DNA of 64,000 nt. It comes from an uncultured Clostridia bacterium. Its GTDB lineage: Bacteria; Bacillota; Clostridia; TANB77; CAG-508. The notes below the pieces were generated by a model. The model saw only the letters and a list, made by a program, of their open reading frames with translations. It was not told where the DNA came from and made no database searches. The stretch lies in the NCBI GenBank assembly GCA_904381285.1, contig CAJFII010000011.1:275-64274 (forward strand). Direction: 5' to 3'. The position numbers and the translations under genes are program-made. This document shows, piece after piece, positions 50,828 to 62,176 of the stretch (position 1 is the first letter of the stretch; every line of letters starts with the position of its first letter).

Positions 50828-53554
50828 ATGGAAAGACTTTTATTAATAGATGGAAATAGCATTTTAAATAGAGCTTTCTACGGTATAATGGGAAATAAAA
50901 TGTTAATGACACAAGACGGTACATATACAAATGCTGTATATGGTTTCTTAAGCATATTATTTAAAACATTAGAAGACTTAAAACCAGAATATCTAGTAGT
51001 AGCATTTGACAAAAAAGGACCAACTAAAAGGCATGAATTGTATAAAGAATATAAAGCAAATAGAAAAGGAATGCCAGAAGAATTAGCAATGCAAATGCCA
51101 ATAATAAAAGAGATTCTTAAAGCTATGAATATTAAAATTATAGAAAAAGAAGGTTATGAAGGAGACGATATTATCGGTACTTTGTCACGTTTTGGAGAGA
51201 AAAACGGTTTAAATGTTACAATTCTTTCTGGAGATAGAGACAATTTTCAACTTGCAACAGACAAAATAACAATACAAATACCACGAACAAAACAAGGAAA
51301 AACAGAAACAGATAATTATGATAGAGAAAAAATAAAAGAAGAATATGGAATTGAACCTTATCAACTAATTCAGGTAAAAGGATTAATGGGAGATGCTTCA
51401 GACAATATTCCTGGAGTTCCTGGAGTTGGAGAAAAAACAGCTCTTAATTTAATAAAGGAATATACAGATATAGATAACTTATATAAGAAAATTGAAGAAG
51501 GAACAGACAATATAAAGGGTAAGCTAAGAGAAAAATTAGTAGAAAATAAAGAACTTGCTTTACTTTCAAGAGAGCTTGGAAGGATTAATGTGGATTCACC
51601 AATTGAAGAAAATATTGAAGAAATGAAACTAGAGGAATGGGACAAACCAAAAGTATTAGAATTATTTAAAAAATATAGATTCAACAGATTTATAGATCGT
51701 TTCGGACTACAAGGAGAAAAGATAGAGGAAAAATCTTTAGAAAATTTATTTGAAATTCAATTAATAACTGATGAAAAAGATATAGAAAATTTAGTTAAGA
51801 TGATAAAAACTAAAAAAGAATTATTTTATTACTTTAGTACAATAAGTAAAGAAGAACCAAGTTATATTATAAAAAAGATAATAAATAGTATAAGTGTAGT
51901 AAATTTAGAGAAAAATATAATATATTACTATAATTTTGAAAATAATATAAATACATTTATTAAATATTTTAAAGACATATTTGAAGACAAAGAAACAAAA
52001 ATTGGCGGATTTGAATTAGCAAGAGATTATATACTACTAAAGCAAATTGGAATAGAACCTAATAATCTTACTTTTGATGCAAAAATTGCAGCATATCTTT
52101 TAAGCCCAACTACATCAAAGTATACATTAGAAGGAATAGCAACACAATATTTAAATATCGATATTTCTTCATATTTAGAAGAAAATGGAATAACACCAAA
52201 AAAAGATCAAATAAATTTATTTGATGAAATGAATGAGAATACAGATAAAATAGAACAATATACAAACTCAATATATGCATATGTTATTTATAAACTATAT
52301 GATGTATTAACTAATAAATTAAAAGAATATAATAGTTTAGAACTATTTAATAACATAGAAATGCCACTTGTAAAAGTTTTAGCTGATATGCAATATATAG
52401 GTATGTATGTGGATAAAGAAGAATTAATTGCATATGGAGAGGTATTAAAAGAACAAATATCTGATTTAACAAAAGAGATTTATAATATAGCGGGAGAAGA
52501 GTTCAATATTAATTCACCAAAGCAATTGGGAGAAATACTTTTTGAAAAATTAAAATTACCTTTTGCTAAGAAGAATAAAAATGGCTATTCAACAGATGTA
52601 GATGTTTTAGAAAAATTAAGAAACGAACATCCTATTATTGAAAAAATTTTAGATTATAGAGGCATTATGAAATTAAATTCTACATATGTAGAAGGGTTAT
52701 TACCATATATAAATGAGGTAGATAATAGAATACATTCATATTTCCACCAAACTGTTACTGCTACAGGCAGAATTAGCAGTACAGAACCAAACTTACAAAA
52801 TATTCCTACAAGAGTAGAAGCTGGAAAGAAAATTAGGAAAGCATTTAAACCAGGAGATGGAAGTATATTTTTAGATGCAGATTATTCTCAAATAGAATTA
52901 AGAGTACTTGCTCATATAAGTGAAGATAAGCATATGATAGAGGCTTTCCAAAATGATGAAGATATTCATAAACAAGCTGCTTCAAAAGTATTTAATGTAC
53001 CAATAGAAGAAGTAACACCAGAAGAAAGGTCAAAAGCAAAAGCGGTAAATTTTGGGATAGTATATGGAATTAGTGATTTTGGTTTAGCAGAGCAAATAGG
53101 GGTATCAAGGAAAGAAGCTAAAGTGTATATTGAGCAATATCTAGAAAAATATAGTGGAATAAAAAAATTTATGGAAGATATTGTAGAGAGTGCAAAGCAA
53201 AATGGATATGTAGAAACATTATTCCATAGAAGAAGATATATACCAGAATTAAAATCAAATAGTTATGTAGTAAGACAATTTGGTTCAAGAGCAGCTATGA
53301 ATACTCCTATACAAGGAACAGCAGCAGATATTATGAAAATAGCAATGATAGATGTTTTCAATAAATTAAAAGCAGCTAAATTAAAATCAAAGATTGTTTT
53401 ACAAGTTCATGATGAACTTATAATAGAAACAAAATTAGAAGAAAAAGAACAAGTTGAAATTATATTAAAAGAATCAATGGAAAATGCAACTAAGTTGAAA
53501 ATACCATTAAAAGTAGAATTATCAGTTGCGAATAATTGGTATGAAGCAAAATAA
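50828..53554 (+). CDS. polA: DNA polymerase I
   Basis: 5'-nuclease domain (LLLIDGNSILNRAFY, GDASDNIPGVPGVGEKTA) and pol domain motifs DYSQIELR, RSKAKAVNFGIVYG and VLQVHDEL. Confidence 0.97.
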   Translation: MERLLLIDGNSILNRAFYGIMGNKMLMTQDGTYTNAVYGFLSILFKTLEDLKPEYLVVAFDKKGPTKRHELYKEYKANRKGMPEELAMQMPIIKEILKAMNIKIIEKEGYEGDDIIGTLSRFGEKNGLNVTILSGDRDNFQLATDKITIQIPRTKQGKTETDNYDREKIKEEYGIEPYQLIQVKGLMGDASDNIPGVPGVGEKTALNLIKEYTDIDNLYKKIEEGTDNIKGKLREKLVENKELALLSRELGRINVDSPIEENIEEMKLEEWDKPKVLELFKKYRFNRFIDRFGLQGEKIEEKSLENLFEIQLITDEKDIENLVKMIKTKKELFYYFSTISKEEPSYIIKKIINSISVVNLEKNIIYYYNFENNINTFIKYFKDIFEDKETKIGGFELARDYILLKQIGIEPNNLTFDAKIAAYLLSPTTSKYTLEGIATQYLNIDISSYLEENGITPKKDQINLFDEMNENTDKIEQYTNSIYAYVIYKLYDVLTNKLKEYNSLELFNNIEMPLVKVLADMQYIGMYVDKEELIAYGEVLKEQISDLTKEIYNIAGEEFNINSPKQLGEILFEKLKLPFAKKNKNGYSTDVDVLEKLRNEHPIIEKILDYRGIMKLNSTYVEGLLPYINEVDNRIHSYFHQTVTATGRISSTEPNLQNIPTRVEAGKKIRKAFKPGDGSIFLDADYSQIELRVLAHISEDKHMIEAFQNDEDIHKQAASKVFNVPIEEVTPEERSKAKAVNFGIVYGISDFGLAEQIGVSRKEAKVYIEQYLEKYSGIKKFMEDIVESAKQNGYVETLFHRRRYIPELKSNSYVVRQFGSRAAMNTPIQGTAADIMKIAMIDVFNKLKAAKLKSKIVLQVHDELIIETKLEEKEQVEIILKESMENATKLKIPLKVELSVANNWYEAK

Positions 53555-53598
53555 AATAAAAGGGGACAAAAGAAAATTTTGTTAAGGAGCGATGAAAT

Positions 53599-54171
53599 TT
53601 GCATAAAAAAGGTATAAAAATATTAATAGTATTAGTAGTAATAGTACTTATAATGGTATTATTATTTGGCGTATTAAAGGTACAGAATATTATATTAAAA
53701 AAGATTTATCCAATGGACTATTCTGAATATGTATATAAATATGCGGAAGAATATGATGTAGATCCAATATTAGTTTTTGCAATAATAAAAGCAGAAAGCA
53801 ATTTTAATCCCAATGTAGTATCCAAAAGTAATGCAATAGGTCTAATGCAATTAATGGATACAACAGCAGAAGAAATTGCATTAAGTCTTGGAATAGATTT
53901 TGTGCAAAAAACGTCATTATATAATCCCGAACTGAACATACAACTTGGGACAAAATACTTTTCGAACCTAATGAAAGAATATAAAAATAATTATATTTTA
54001 GCACTAACTGCATATAATGCAGGAATTGGAAATGTAACAAGATGGATTGAACAAGGAATTATTAAAGAAGATGGAAGCGATATTGAAAATATACCATATA
54101 CTGAAACAAATAATTATGTAAGAAAAATTATAAGAGATTATAAAATATACCAAGATTTATATGAAGTTTAG
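53599..54171 (+). CDS. lytic transglycosylase (SLT domain) with N-terminal membrane anchor
   Basis: AIIKAESNFNPNVVSKSNAIGLMQLM and AYNAGIGNV. TTG start. Confidence 0.85.
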   Translation: MHKKGIKILIVLVVIVLIMVLLFGVLKVQNIILKKIYPMDYSEYVYKYAEEYDVDPILVFAIIKAESNFNPNVVSKSNAIGLMQLMDTTAEEIALSLGIDFVQKTSLYNPELNIQLGTKYFSNLMKEYKNNYILALTAYNAGIGNVTRWIEQGIIKEDGSDIENIPYTETNNYVRKIIRDYKIYQDLYEV

Positions 54172-54239
54172 TTTAATAGTATTTACAACTAAAATCTGTT
54201 GATATATAATAAGTAAAATTGTAATAGGAGGTAAAATTT

Positions 54240-55250
54240 ATGTCAGTTTTAGTTACAGGAGGAGCAGGATATATAGGAAGTCATACAGTAGTTGAGCTAT
54301 TAAATAGTGGAAAAGAAGTTGTCATTGTAGATAATTTTTCAAATAGTAAACCACAAGTATTAGAGCAAATAAGAAAAATAACAGGTAAAGATTTTAAATT
54401 TTATGAATTAGATTATTTAAATAAAGAAGAATTAGAAAAAGTATTTCAAGAAAATGATATAGAGGCTGTAATGAATTTTGCAGGATATAAAGCAGTTGGT
54501 GAATCTGTACAAAAACCAATAGAATATTATACAAATAATATTTCAGGTGCATTAGTATTATTAGATACAATGAGAAAATATAATGTAAAGAAATTTATAT
54601 TTAGTTCTTCGGCAACAGTATATGGAGACCCAGAAACAATTCCAATAACAGAAGAATGTAGAACTGGTGGAACAACTAATCCATATGGAACATCAAAATT
54701 ATTTATAGAACAAATTTTAAAAGATATATATAATTCAGATAATTCATGGGATATATGTATTTTAAGATATTTTAATCCTGTAGGAGCACATGAAAGTGGA
54801 TTAATTGGAGAAGAACCTCAAGGTATACCTAATAACTTAATGCCATATATAGTACGTGTAGCTGCTGGAATTCTAAAGGAACTATCAGTATTTGGAAATG
54901 ACTATCCTACACCAGATGGTACTGGAGTAAGAGACTATATACATGTAGTGGATTTAGCAATAGGACATATTAAAGCACTAGAAAAATTAGAAAAAGAAAA
55001 ACAAGGATTATATATATATAATTTAGGAACTGGAACGGGCTATAGTGTATTAGATATGGTAAAAGCATTTGAAAAAGCAACGAACAAAAAAGTAGCATAC
55101 AAAATTGCACCACGTAGACCAGGAGATATTGCAACATGTTATGCGGATCCAACTAAAGCCAAAGAAGAATTAGGTTGGGTTGCAACAAGAGGAATAGAAG
55201 AAATGTGTAAAGACTCATGGAATTACATACAACTTGTTAGTGGAAACTAA
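54240..55250 (+). CDS. galE: UDP-glucose 4-epimerase
   Basis: [28 protein letters not shown] and [10 protein letters not shown]. Confidence 0.95.
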   Translation: MSVLVTGGAGYIGSHTVVELLNSGKEVVIVDNFSNSKPQVLEQIRKITGKDFKFYELDYLNKEELEKVFQENDIEAVMNFAGYKAVGESVQKPIEYYTNNISGALVLLDTMRKYNVKKFIFSSSATVYGDPETIPITEECRTGGTTNPYGTSKLFIEQILKDIYNSDNSWDICILRYFNPVGAHESGLIGEEPQGIPNNLMPYIVRVAAGILKELSVFGNDYPTPDGTGVRDYIHVVDLAIGHIKALEKLEKEKQGLYIYNLGTGTGYSVLDMVKAFEKATNKKVAYKIAPRRPGDIATCYADPTKAKEELGWVATRGIEEMCKDSWNYIQLVSGN

Positions 55251-55286
55251 GAAAATTGATGATTTTGATAAAATAAAAGGAATAAT

Positions 55287-55324
55287 AAAAAGATATGATG
55301 ATAAAATAAAGTCATATCTTTTTT
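55287..55324 (+). terminator. rho-independent terminator after galE
   Basis: AAAAAGATATGA / TCATATCTTTTT stem with T tail. Confidence 0.7.
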
Positions 55325-55406
55325 GCTTATTTATAAAAAAGATTTACAGTTCTTACAAAATTTGATATAATTTGACAAATTATATTATTAAAGGGTGAAA
55401 TGAGCT

Positions 55407-56234
55407 ATGGAACAAGAAAAAATAAAAGAAAATAAAAAAAGAAAGTGTACAATATTAGGAATCAGCATTTGGAGACTACTTGCATATTTTATAATTTATA
55501 GCTTTATTGGGTTTGTTTTAGAAACACTATTTGGATTAGTAACAAAAGGTGTAATAGAAAGTAGAAGAAGTTCTTTATACACACCTGTTTGTTGCATATA
55601 TGGTGTTGGTGCAGTAATAATGATTCTAGGATTACAATATTTTAAGAAAAACAATTACAGTTTGTTTTTTGGTGGATTTATAATTGGTTCTATAGTGGAA
55701 TATGTAATTAGTTTAGTAGGTGAGTTCATATTCCATATAAAATGGTGGGATTATTCAAATATGCCATTTAATATAAATGGTAGAATATGTATAGCTTTTT
55801 CATTCTTTTGGGGAATACTTGCAATATATTTAATGTCATACTTGAATCCTAAAATAGATGAATTGATTGATAAAGTTAAAACAAAAATTCCAATTAAATT
55901 ATTAAAAACAATTGTAATAGTAGGCATATTAATAATATTTATAGATTTTTTAATTACAAGTTTTGCATTAAAAATGTTTTTTACTAGACTAGTTATAAAA
56001 TATGATTTAGAATTACAAACATATGAAGAATATATATTTGAATGTACAGAATTATATAAAAACGACGCAATAAGAGAATTTACTCTTAAACATTTTTCAG
56101 ATGAAAAAATGTTAAAAACATTTCCAAATATAAAATTAACAGGGAAAGATGGAAATATAATTTTTGTTAAAGATATATTAAAAGATATACAACCATATTA
56201 TATAAAAGTTTTTACACCTTTACATGCGAAATAG
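55407..56234 (+). CDS. putative 'ABC-transporter type IV' (PF06541-like) membrane protein, paralogue of 41625..42245
   Basis: FIIYSFIGFVLETLFGLVTKG and WWDYSNMPFNINGRICIAFSFFWG parallel the equivalent segments of the 41625 gene. Confidence 0.55.
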   Translation: MEQEKIKENKKRKCTILGISIWRLLAYFIIYSFIGFVLETLFGLVTKGVIESRRSSLYTPVCCIYGVGAVIMILGLQYFKKNNYSLFFGGFIIGSIVEYVISLVGEFIFHIKWWDYSNMPFNINGRICIAFSFFWGILAIYLMSYLNPKIDELIDKVKTKIPIKLLKTIVIVGILIIFIDFLITSFALKMFFTRLVIKYDLELQTYEEYIFECTELYKNDAIREFTLKHFSDEKMLKTFPNIKLTGKDGNIIFVKDILKDIQPYYIKVFTPLHAK

Positions 56235-56316
56235 TAAAAAATATATTAAAATTACTTTAAAAATATATAAAAGTATTATACAATAGTTATAAATTGTGTA
56301 TACGAGGAGAAAAAAT

Positions 56317-58005
56317 ATGAATAAGAAATGGGAATATTATATATGTGATCAAGATAAAGTAAATGAAATAAGTAAAAAATTTAATATAGACAGACTACTT
56401 GCTACTATTTTAGTAAATAGAGGAATATGTAAAGAAGATGAGATAAGAAAATTTTTAGAGCCTACAAGAGAAGATTTTCATGATCCATTTTTGTTACCAG
56501 ATATGGATATAGCAGTTAATACAATTATAAAAGCTATAGAAGAAAAAGAAAAGATTTTGATATATGGTGATTATGATGTTGATGGTATAACAAGTATATC
56601 GGTTTTACAAAAATTTTTAGAAGAAAGAGGAATGAATGTAGCAAACCATATTCCAAATAGATTAGAAGAGGGATATGGATTAAATAAAGAAGCTATAAAG
56701 CAAATTGCTGATGATGGATATAAATTAATAATAACTGTAGATTGTGGAATTTCAGGAATAGAAGAAATTGAATATGCAAACAGCTTAGGCATTAGAACAA
56801 TTATTACTGACCATCATGAACCATTAGACGAATTGCCAAAAGCAATAGCTGTTGTTGATGCAAAAAGAAAAGACAATAAATATCCATTTAACCAATTAGC
56901 AGGTGTTGGAGTTGTTTTTAAACTTATTCAAGCAATTGGAATTAAGTTAGGATTAGATGAAAAGGAATATTTAAAATATTTAGATTTAGTATGTGTTGGA
57001 ACAATATCAGACATAGTTCCATTAGTAGATGAAAATAGAGTTATTGCAAAACTAGGTTTAAAGCTTGTGAATGTGACAAGAAATTTAGGACTTAAATATT
57101 TGTTACAAGCAACAGGATATAAGCAAATAGATTCAAATGCAATATCTTTTGGTATAGCACCAAGAATAAATGCTTGTGGCAGAATGGGACATGAGACAGA
57201 AGCATTAGATATATTTTTATCAAATGATATTGATGAAGTAAAAGAACTAACAGAAAAATTAAATAATTATAATAAAACAAGACAAGAAACAGAAAAGAAA
57301 ATTGTAGAAGAAGCCTTAGAATTAATAGAAAAAAATAAAGAAAATGAAAAAAGTGCAATAGTACTAGGGAGTCCAGGATGGCATCATGGTGTAATTGGAA
57401 TAGTGTCATCTAAGATAACAGAAACATATTTTAAACCAAGTATATTAGTATCTTTTGAAAACGGAATTGCAAAAGGTTCCGGAAGAAGCATTCCTGGTTT
57501 TGACTTACATGAGGCTTTATGCAAATCTAGCAAGTATTTAGAAAAATATGGTGGCCATTCAATGGCTGTAGGACTTAGTTTAAAGGAAGAAAATTTTGAG
57601 GCTTTTAAAAATGAATTTGAAAAAATAGCAAAAGAAAGTAAAGTAGAAGAAATTTTACCAATAATTTATATAGATGGAGTGGTTAAGCAAGAAGATATAA
57701 AACCAGAACATATTAAAGAATTAGAAAAATTAGAACCTTTCGGTGAAGGAAATAAAATGCCACTATTTGCATATAAAGGTTTAAAGATAAATTCTATTCG
57801 TGCATTAACAGAAGGAAAACATTTAAAATTGACACTAAAGGATGATAATATTATAATAGATGCTATAGGATTTAATATGGGGCATCTAGTAAATGACTAT
57901 TTGATTGGTGATAAAGTAGATGTTGTTGGAGTACTAGAAATAAATAGTTTTAATGGCATAGAGAGTGTCCAAATAAATTTAAAAGATATTATGAAATCCA
58001 TATAA
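56317..58005 (+). CDS. recJ: single-stranded-DNA-specific exonuclease RecJ
   Basis: The ATG at 56317 follows AGGAGA. DHH motifs IYGDYDVDGITS, ITVDCGI and ITDHH. DHHA1 GGHSMAVG. Confidence 0.93.
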   Translation: MNKKWEYYICDQDKVNEISKKFNIDRLLATILVNRGICKEDEIRKFLEPTREDFHDPFLLPDMDIAVNTIIKAIEEKEKILIYGDYDVDGITSISVLQKFLEERGMNVANHIPNRLEEGYGLNKEAIKQIADDGYKLIITVDCGISGIEEIEYANSLGIRTIITDHHEPLDELPKAIAVVDAKRKDNKYPFNQLAGVGVVFKLIQAIGIKLGLDEKEYLKYLDLVCVGTISDIVPLVDENRVIAKLGLKLVNVTRNLGLKYLLQATGYKQIDSNAISFGIAPRINACGRMGHETEALDIFLSNDIDEVKELTEKLNNYNKTRQETEKKIVEEALELIEKNKENEKSAIVLGSPGWHHGVIGIVSSKITETYFKPSILVSFENGIAKGSGRSIPGFDLHEALCKSSKYLEKYGGHSMAVGLSLKEENFEAFKNEFEKIAKESKVEEILPIIYIDGVVKQEDIKPEHIKELEKLEPFGEGNKMPLFAYKGLKINSIRALTEGKHLKLTLKDDNIIIDAIGFNMGHLVNDYLIGDKVDVVGVLEINSFNGIESVQINLKDIMKSI

Positions 58006-58024
58006 TAATTAGAAAAATAAAGGT

Positions 58025-60232
58025 GTGATGAAAATGCAAGAAGAACCAAATGCAACAATTAACGATATTATATCAAAAATGAAAAAAAACAATTGGCGTT
58101 CAAATACTAAAATGATAACAAAAGCGTATAATTATGCGCTTTCAAACCATGGAGATCAAAAAAGAAAATCAGGAGAACCATATATTATTCATCCCTTACA
58201 AGTAGCGTATATACTTGCAAATATGGAATTAGATGATGCTACTATTTGTGCTGCTATATTACATGATGTAGTTGAAGATACAGATGTGACATATGAAGAT
58301 ATAGTCAGAGAATTTAATGAAGAAATTGCAGAAATGGTAGATGGGGTTACTAAACTTGGAAAATTAAATTATACTACCTTAAAAGAACAACAAGTAGAAG
58401 ACTACAGAAAAATGTTTCTTGCTATGGGAAAGGACATAAGAGTTATTCTTATAAAACTAGCTGATAGACTTCATAATATGAGAACACTGAAATACTTAAC
58501 AAGAGATAGACAAATTGCAAATGCACAAGAGACAATGGACTTATATGCACCACTTGCAAATAGGCTGGGTATGTATTCATTAAAATGGGAATTGGAAGAT
58601 CTATCTTTTAAATATTTATATCCAGAAGAATATAGAGAAATAGTAGAGGGATTAGACAGAAAAAGAGAAGAAAGATTAGCTTTTATTGAAAAGATAATGG
58701 AACATATAAAAAAAGAGTTAAAGGCACAACATATAGAAGCGGAAATAAAAGGAAGAGCAAAACACCTATATAGTATATATAGAAAAATGAAGAGAGATAA
58801 TTGTACTTTAGATCAAATTTATGATTTGTTTGCACTAAGAATTATAGTTAATTCTGTTAAAGATTGTTATGCAGCATTAGGAGTTGTACATGAGTTATAT
58901 AACCCAATGCCAGGCAGATTTAAAGACTATATAGCTGTTCCAAAACCTAATATGTATCAATCATTGCATACAACTTTAATTGGAGAAAAAGGAACACCAT
59001 TTGAGGTACAAATTCGTACTTGGGATATGCATAGAATTGCAGAATATGGTATTGCTGCACATTGGGCATACAAGGAAGCTAGTTTTGCAAAAGGGAAAAA
59101 AGCCAATGTAAAAGTAGAAGAAGATAAGTTAGCATGGCTTCGTGAAACTTTGGAATGGCAAAAAGAAATGCAAGATCCAGAAGAATTTTTAAATACTTTA
59201 AAAACAGAACTATTTGAAGATGAAGTATATGTTTTTACTCCTAAAGGAGATATTAAAGTATTGCCAAGAGGAGCAACTCCAATAGATTTTGCTTATAGTA
59301 TACATGCTCAAGTTGGTCATAAGATGGTAGGATGTAAAATTAATTCAAAAATGATGCCAATTATAACAAAATTAAAAAGTGGTGATATTGTAGAAATTAT
59401 TACATCTGATAATGCAAAAGGACCAAGTAGAGACTGGTTAAAATTTATTAAAAGTTCGTCTGCAAGAAATAAGATTCAAGCCTGGTTTAAGAAAGAGCAA
59501 AGAGCAGATAATATTATTAAAGGAAAAGAATTAATAGAAAAGGAAATTAAAAGAATAGGAATGGCATCATCTGAGCTTCATAAACAAGAATATATGCAAG
59601 CAGCTTTAGATAGATATAAATATAATTCTGTTGATGATATGTATGCATCTGTAGGGTTTGGAGCAATATCTGCAGGAAAAATTATTGCCAAAATACTTGA
59701 AGAATATAAAAAAGTAAATAAAGATGAACAAATAGAGAAAAAAATAGAAGAGCTTGCTCAAAGTAAAAAAGTCAGAAATAATATTCCTAAGAGTGGAGTT
59801 ATTGTAAAAGGAATAGATAATTGCTTAGTTAAATTATCTAAGTGTTGCAATCCTGTTCCAGGAGATAATATAATAGGGTATATTACTAAAGGAAGAGGAG
59901 TATCAATTCATACTACAGAATGTGCTAATATAAAAGATTTATTATCTGATGAAGATAGAATAATTGATGTAGAATGGTATAATGAAAACACATCAAGCTA
60001 TAATGTAGATATTGAAGTATATTCTAATGATAGAACTGGACTACTTGCAGATATTCTTAAAGCTATTTATGATGTTAAAACAAAATTAGTAGCTGTTAAT
60101 AGCAAGGTAAATAAAGAAAGAATTGCTATAACAGAAATCACAGTGGAAGTAGAAAACTTAGAAGAACTTAACAAGACACTTAAAGCATTACGAAAAGTAG
60201 ATAGTGTATTTGAAGTTAAAAGAAAAAAATAA
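58025..60232 (+). CDS. relA: bifunctional (p)ppGpp synthetase/hydrolase (RelA/SpoT family)
   Basis: HD domain HPLQVAYILA...LHDVVEDT, synthetase core YRSLHTT-like (YQSLHTTL), TGS and ACT regions. Start is ambiguous (58025, 58028 or 58034). Confidence 0.95.
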   Translation: MMKMQEEPNATINDIISKMKKNNWRSNTKMITKAYNYALSNHGDQKRKSGEPYIIHPLQVAYILANMELDDATICAAILHDVVEDTDVTYEDIVREFNEEIAEMVDGVTKLGKLNYTTLKEQQVEDYRKMFLAMGKDIRVILIKLADRLHNMRTLKYLTRDRQIANAQETMDLYAPLANRLGMYSLKWELEDLSFKYLYPEEYREIVEGLDRKREERLAFIEKIMEHIKKELKAQHIEAEIKGRAKHLYSIYRKMKRDNCTLDQIYDLFALRIIVNSVKDCYAALGVVHELYNPMPGRFKDYIAVPKPNMYQSLHTTLIGEKGTPFEVQIRTWDMHRIAEYGIAAHWAYKEASFAKGKKANVKVEEDKLAWLRETLEWQKEMQDPEEFLNTLKTELFEDEVYVFTPKGDIKVLPRGATPIDFAYSIHAQVGHKMVGCKINSKMMPIITKLKSGDIVEIITSDNAKGPSRDWLKFIKSSSARNKIQAWFKKEQRADNIIKGKELIEKEIKRIGMASSELHKQEYMQAALDRYKYNSVDDMYASVGFGAISAGKIIAKILEEYKKVNKDEQIEKKIEELAQSKKVRNNIPKSGVIVKGIDNCLVKLSKCCNPVPGDNIIGYITKGRGVSIHTTECANIKDLLSDEDRIIDVEWYNENTSSYNVDIEVYSNDRTGLLADILKAIYDVKTKLVAVNSKVNKERIAITEITVEVENLEELNKTLKALRKVDSVFEVKRKK

Positions 60233-60248
60233 TAAGAGAGGAATTTTA

Positions 60249-60896
60249 ATGATATTAAAAAGATTAAAAATAAATACTATGCTTGGAGAACCAACAAATT
60301 GTTATATTATTGTAGATGATGTAACAAAAGAAACAATGGTAATAGATCCAGCGGGCGAAGCAGATAAAATAACAGAAATGTTAGACATTTTACAAGCAAA
60401 ATTAAAGTATATTTATTTAACACATTGTCATGGAGACCATACAGGAGCAGTAAATCAATTAAAAAATAAATATGGTGGTAAAGTACTGATTCATAGAATT
60501 GAAAGTGAGAATTTAAATAATCCGGAGGTTACACTAAATTACTATATTGGTATGGAAGATATCAACCTAGAAACAGATTCTAGAATAGATGATGAAGATA
60601 TAATTCATATTGGAGATTTAGAATTTAAAGTGATTTATACTCCAGGGCATACGAATGGTAGTACGTCACTATATAGTAAAGAAGAAAAAATGGTGTTTAC
60701 AGGTGATTGCCTATTTAGAGGAACATGGGGAAGGACAGATTTACCAACAGGAAGTTTGAGTGAAATAATGGATTCCATAATAAATCGCTTATTAGTTTTA
60801 CCAGATGATACAATTGTATATCCTGGTCATGGAAAATCTACAATGATTAAAGAAGAAAAACCAATATATCTAGAATTAAAACAAAGAGATATATAG
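60249..60896 (+). CDS. MBL-fold metallo-hydrolase
   Basis: THCHGDHTG (HxHxDH), TPGHTNGS and PGHG. The ATG at 60249 follows GAGAGG. Confidence 0.85.
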   Translation: MILKRLKINTMLGEPTNCYIIVDDVTKETMVIDPAGEADKITEMLDILQAKLKYIYLTHCHGDHTGAVNQLKNKYGGKVLIHRIESENLNNPEVTLNYYIGMEDINLETDSRIDDEDIIHIGDLEFKVIYTPGHTNGSTSLYSKEEKMVFTGDCLFRGTWGRTDLPTGSLSEIMDSIINRLLVLPDDTIVYPGHGKSTMIKEEKPIYLELKQRDI

Positions 60897-60976
60897 TGTA
60901 TAAATAGTTAAATAATTATCATATTTTTCATTCTTTAGAATATAATTATATAGATTATAGGACAAAGGAGAAAAGA

Positions 60977-62104
60977 ATGATAAATGTAACAGTAATTAAT
61001 TTAAAGAGTATAATGAAATATCTAGTAGGGGTATCAATTTTAGTTATTGGTATAGCTTGTACTAGATTTTTCTATAATAAAAGTAACCAAGATTTAACAA
61101 AACAAATAGCTAGCATGAATTTTACACAATGTTTAGATGAAACACTACCTGATATAAATGGAAATAGTAATATTAGAAAATTTGAAAGCAGTGTATCAAC
61201 AAGAAGCTCAAATTTAAAAAGAATGTTAAATGTAGAATTACAAATGATGGAGAATTTAGTTGAAGAAGATAAAGAGAAAGAAAATGTAGAAGAAATACAA
61301 GAAGCTCCACAAGTAGAAGAAAATTTAGAAGTGGCACAAACTAATGTAACTACACAAGAAATACAAGAAAATAATATAACTCCTAAATATAATGGAGAAT
61401 TTGGAACAGTTAAAATAAAAAATGAATCAGATAAAGAAATAACTCAAGAAATGTTAACTCCTAACATATCTCTAGAAGATAATAAAGATATAATTATATT
61501 CCATACACATACTTGTGAAAGTTATACTCCAAGTGAAAAGTTTAATTATGAAATGACTGGAAATTATAGAACAACAGATTTAAATTTTACTGTTGCAAGA
61601 GTAGGGACAGAACTAGAAAAATGTTTAACTGGTTATGGATATAATGTAATTCATGACCAAACATATCATGATTACCCTGCATATAGTGGTTCTTACGGCA
61701 GATCACTTACAACAGTAAAAAATATATTAAACAATAATCCAAATGCTCAAATGGTAATAGATTTACATAGAGATGCTGTTGGAAGTAGTTCAGATTATGC
61801 ACCAAGTGTAAAAATTGGAGATGAAGTAGCAGCCCAAATGATGTTTGTTATTGGAACAGATGGAGGAGGGCTTCAACATCTTAATTGGCAACAGAATTTA
61901 AAATATGCAGTAAAACTTCAAGAAAAAGCAAATGAATTATATCCTGGACTATTTAGACCAATTATTGTACGAAATTCAAGATATAATCAACATTTAACTA
62001 AAGCTGCTGTAATAATAGAAGTAGGTGCGACTGGAAATACACTAGATCAGTGCCTAGTTAGTATGAAATATTTAGCTAAAGTTATTAGTGAAGTTATGAA
62101 ATAA
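60977..62104 (+). CDS. spoIIP: stage II sporulation protein P
   Basis: N-terminal TM. IIIFHTHTCESY, VIDLHRDAV, MFVIG and AAVIIEVGATGNTLDQ. Confidence 0.85.
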   Translation: MINVTVINLKSIMKYLVGVSILVIGIACTRFFYNKSNQDLTKQIASMNFTQCLDETLPDINGNSNIRKFESSVSTRSSNLKRMLNVELQMMENLVEEDKEKENVEEIQEAPQVEENLEVAQTNVTTQEIQENNITPKYNGEFGTVKIKNESDKEITQEMLTPNISLEDNKDIIIFHTHTCESYTPSEKFNYEMTGNYRTTDLNFTVARVGTELEKCLTGYGYNVIHDQTYHDYPAYSGSYGRSLTTVKNILNNNPNAQMVIDLHRDAVGSSSDYAPSVKIGDEVAAQMMFVIGTDGGGLQHLNWQQNLKYAVKLQEKANELYPGLFRPIIVRNSRYNQHLTKAAVIIEVGATGNTLDQCLVSMKYLAKVISEVMK

Positions 62105-62176
62105 AAGATATGGAATCTTGACCTTGACAATCAAAAAAGAATTATATACAATAAGAACTATATTAAGAGGTGTAAT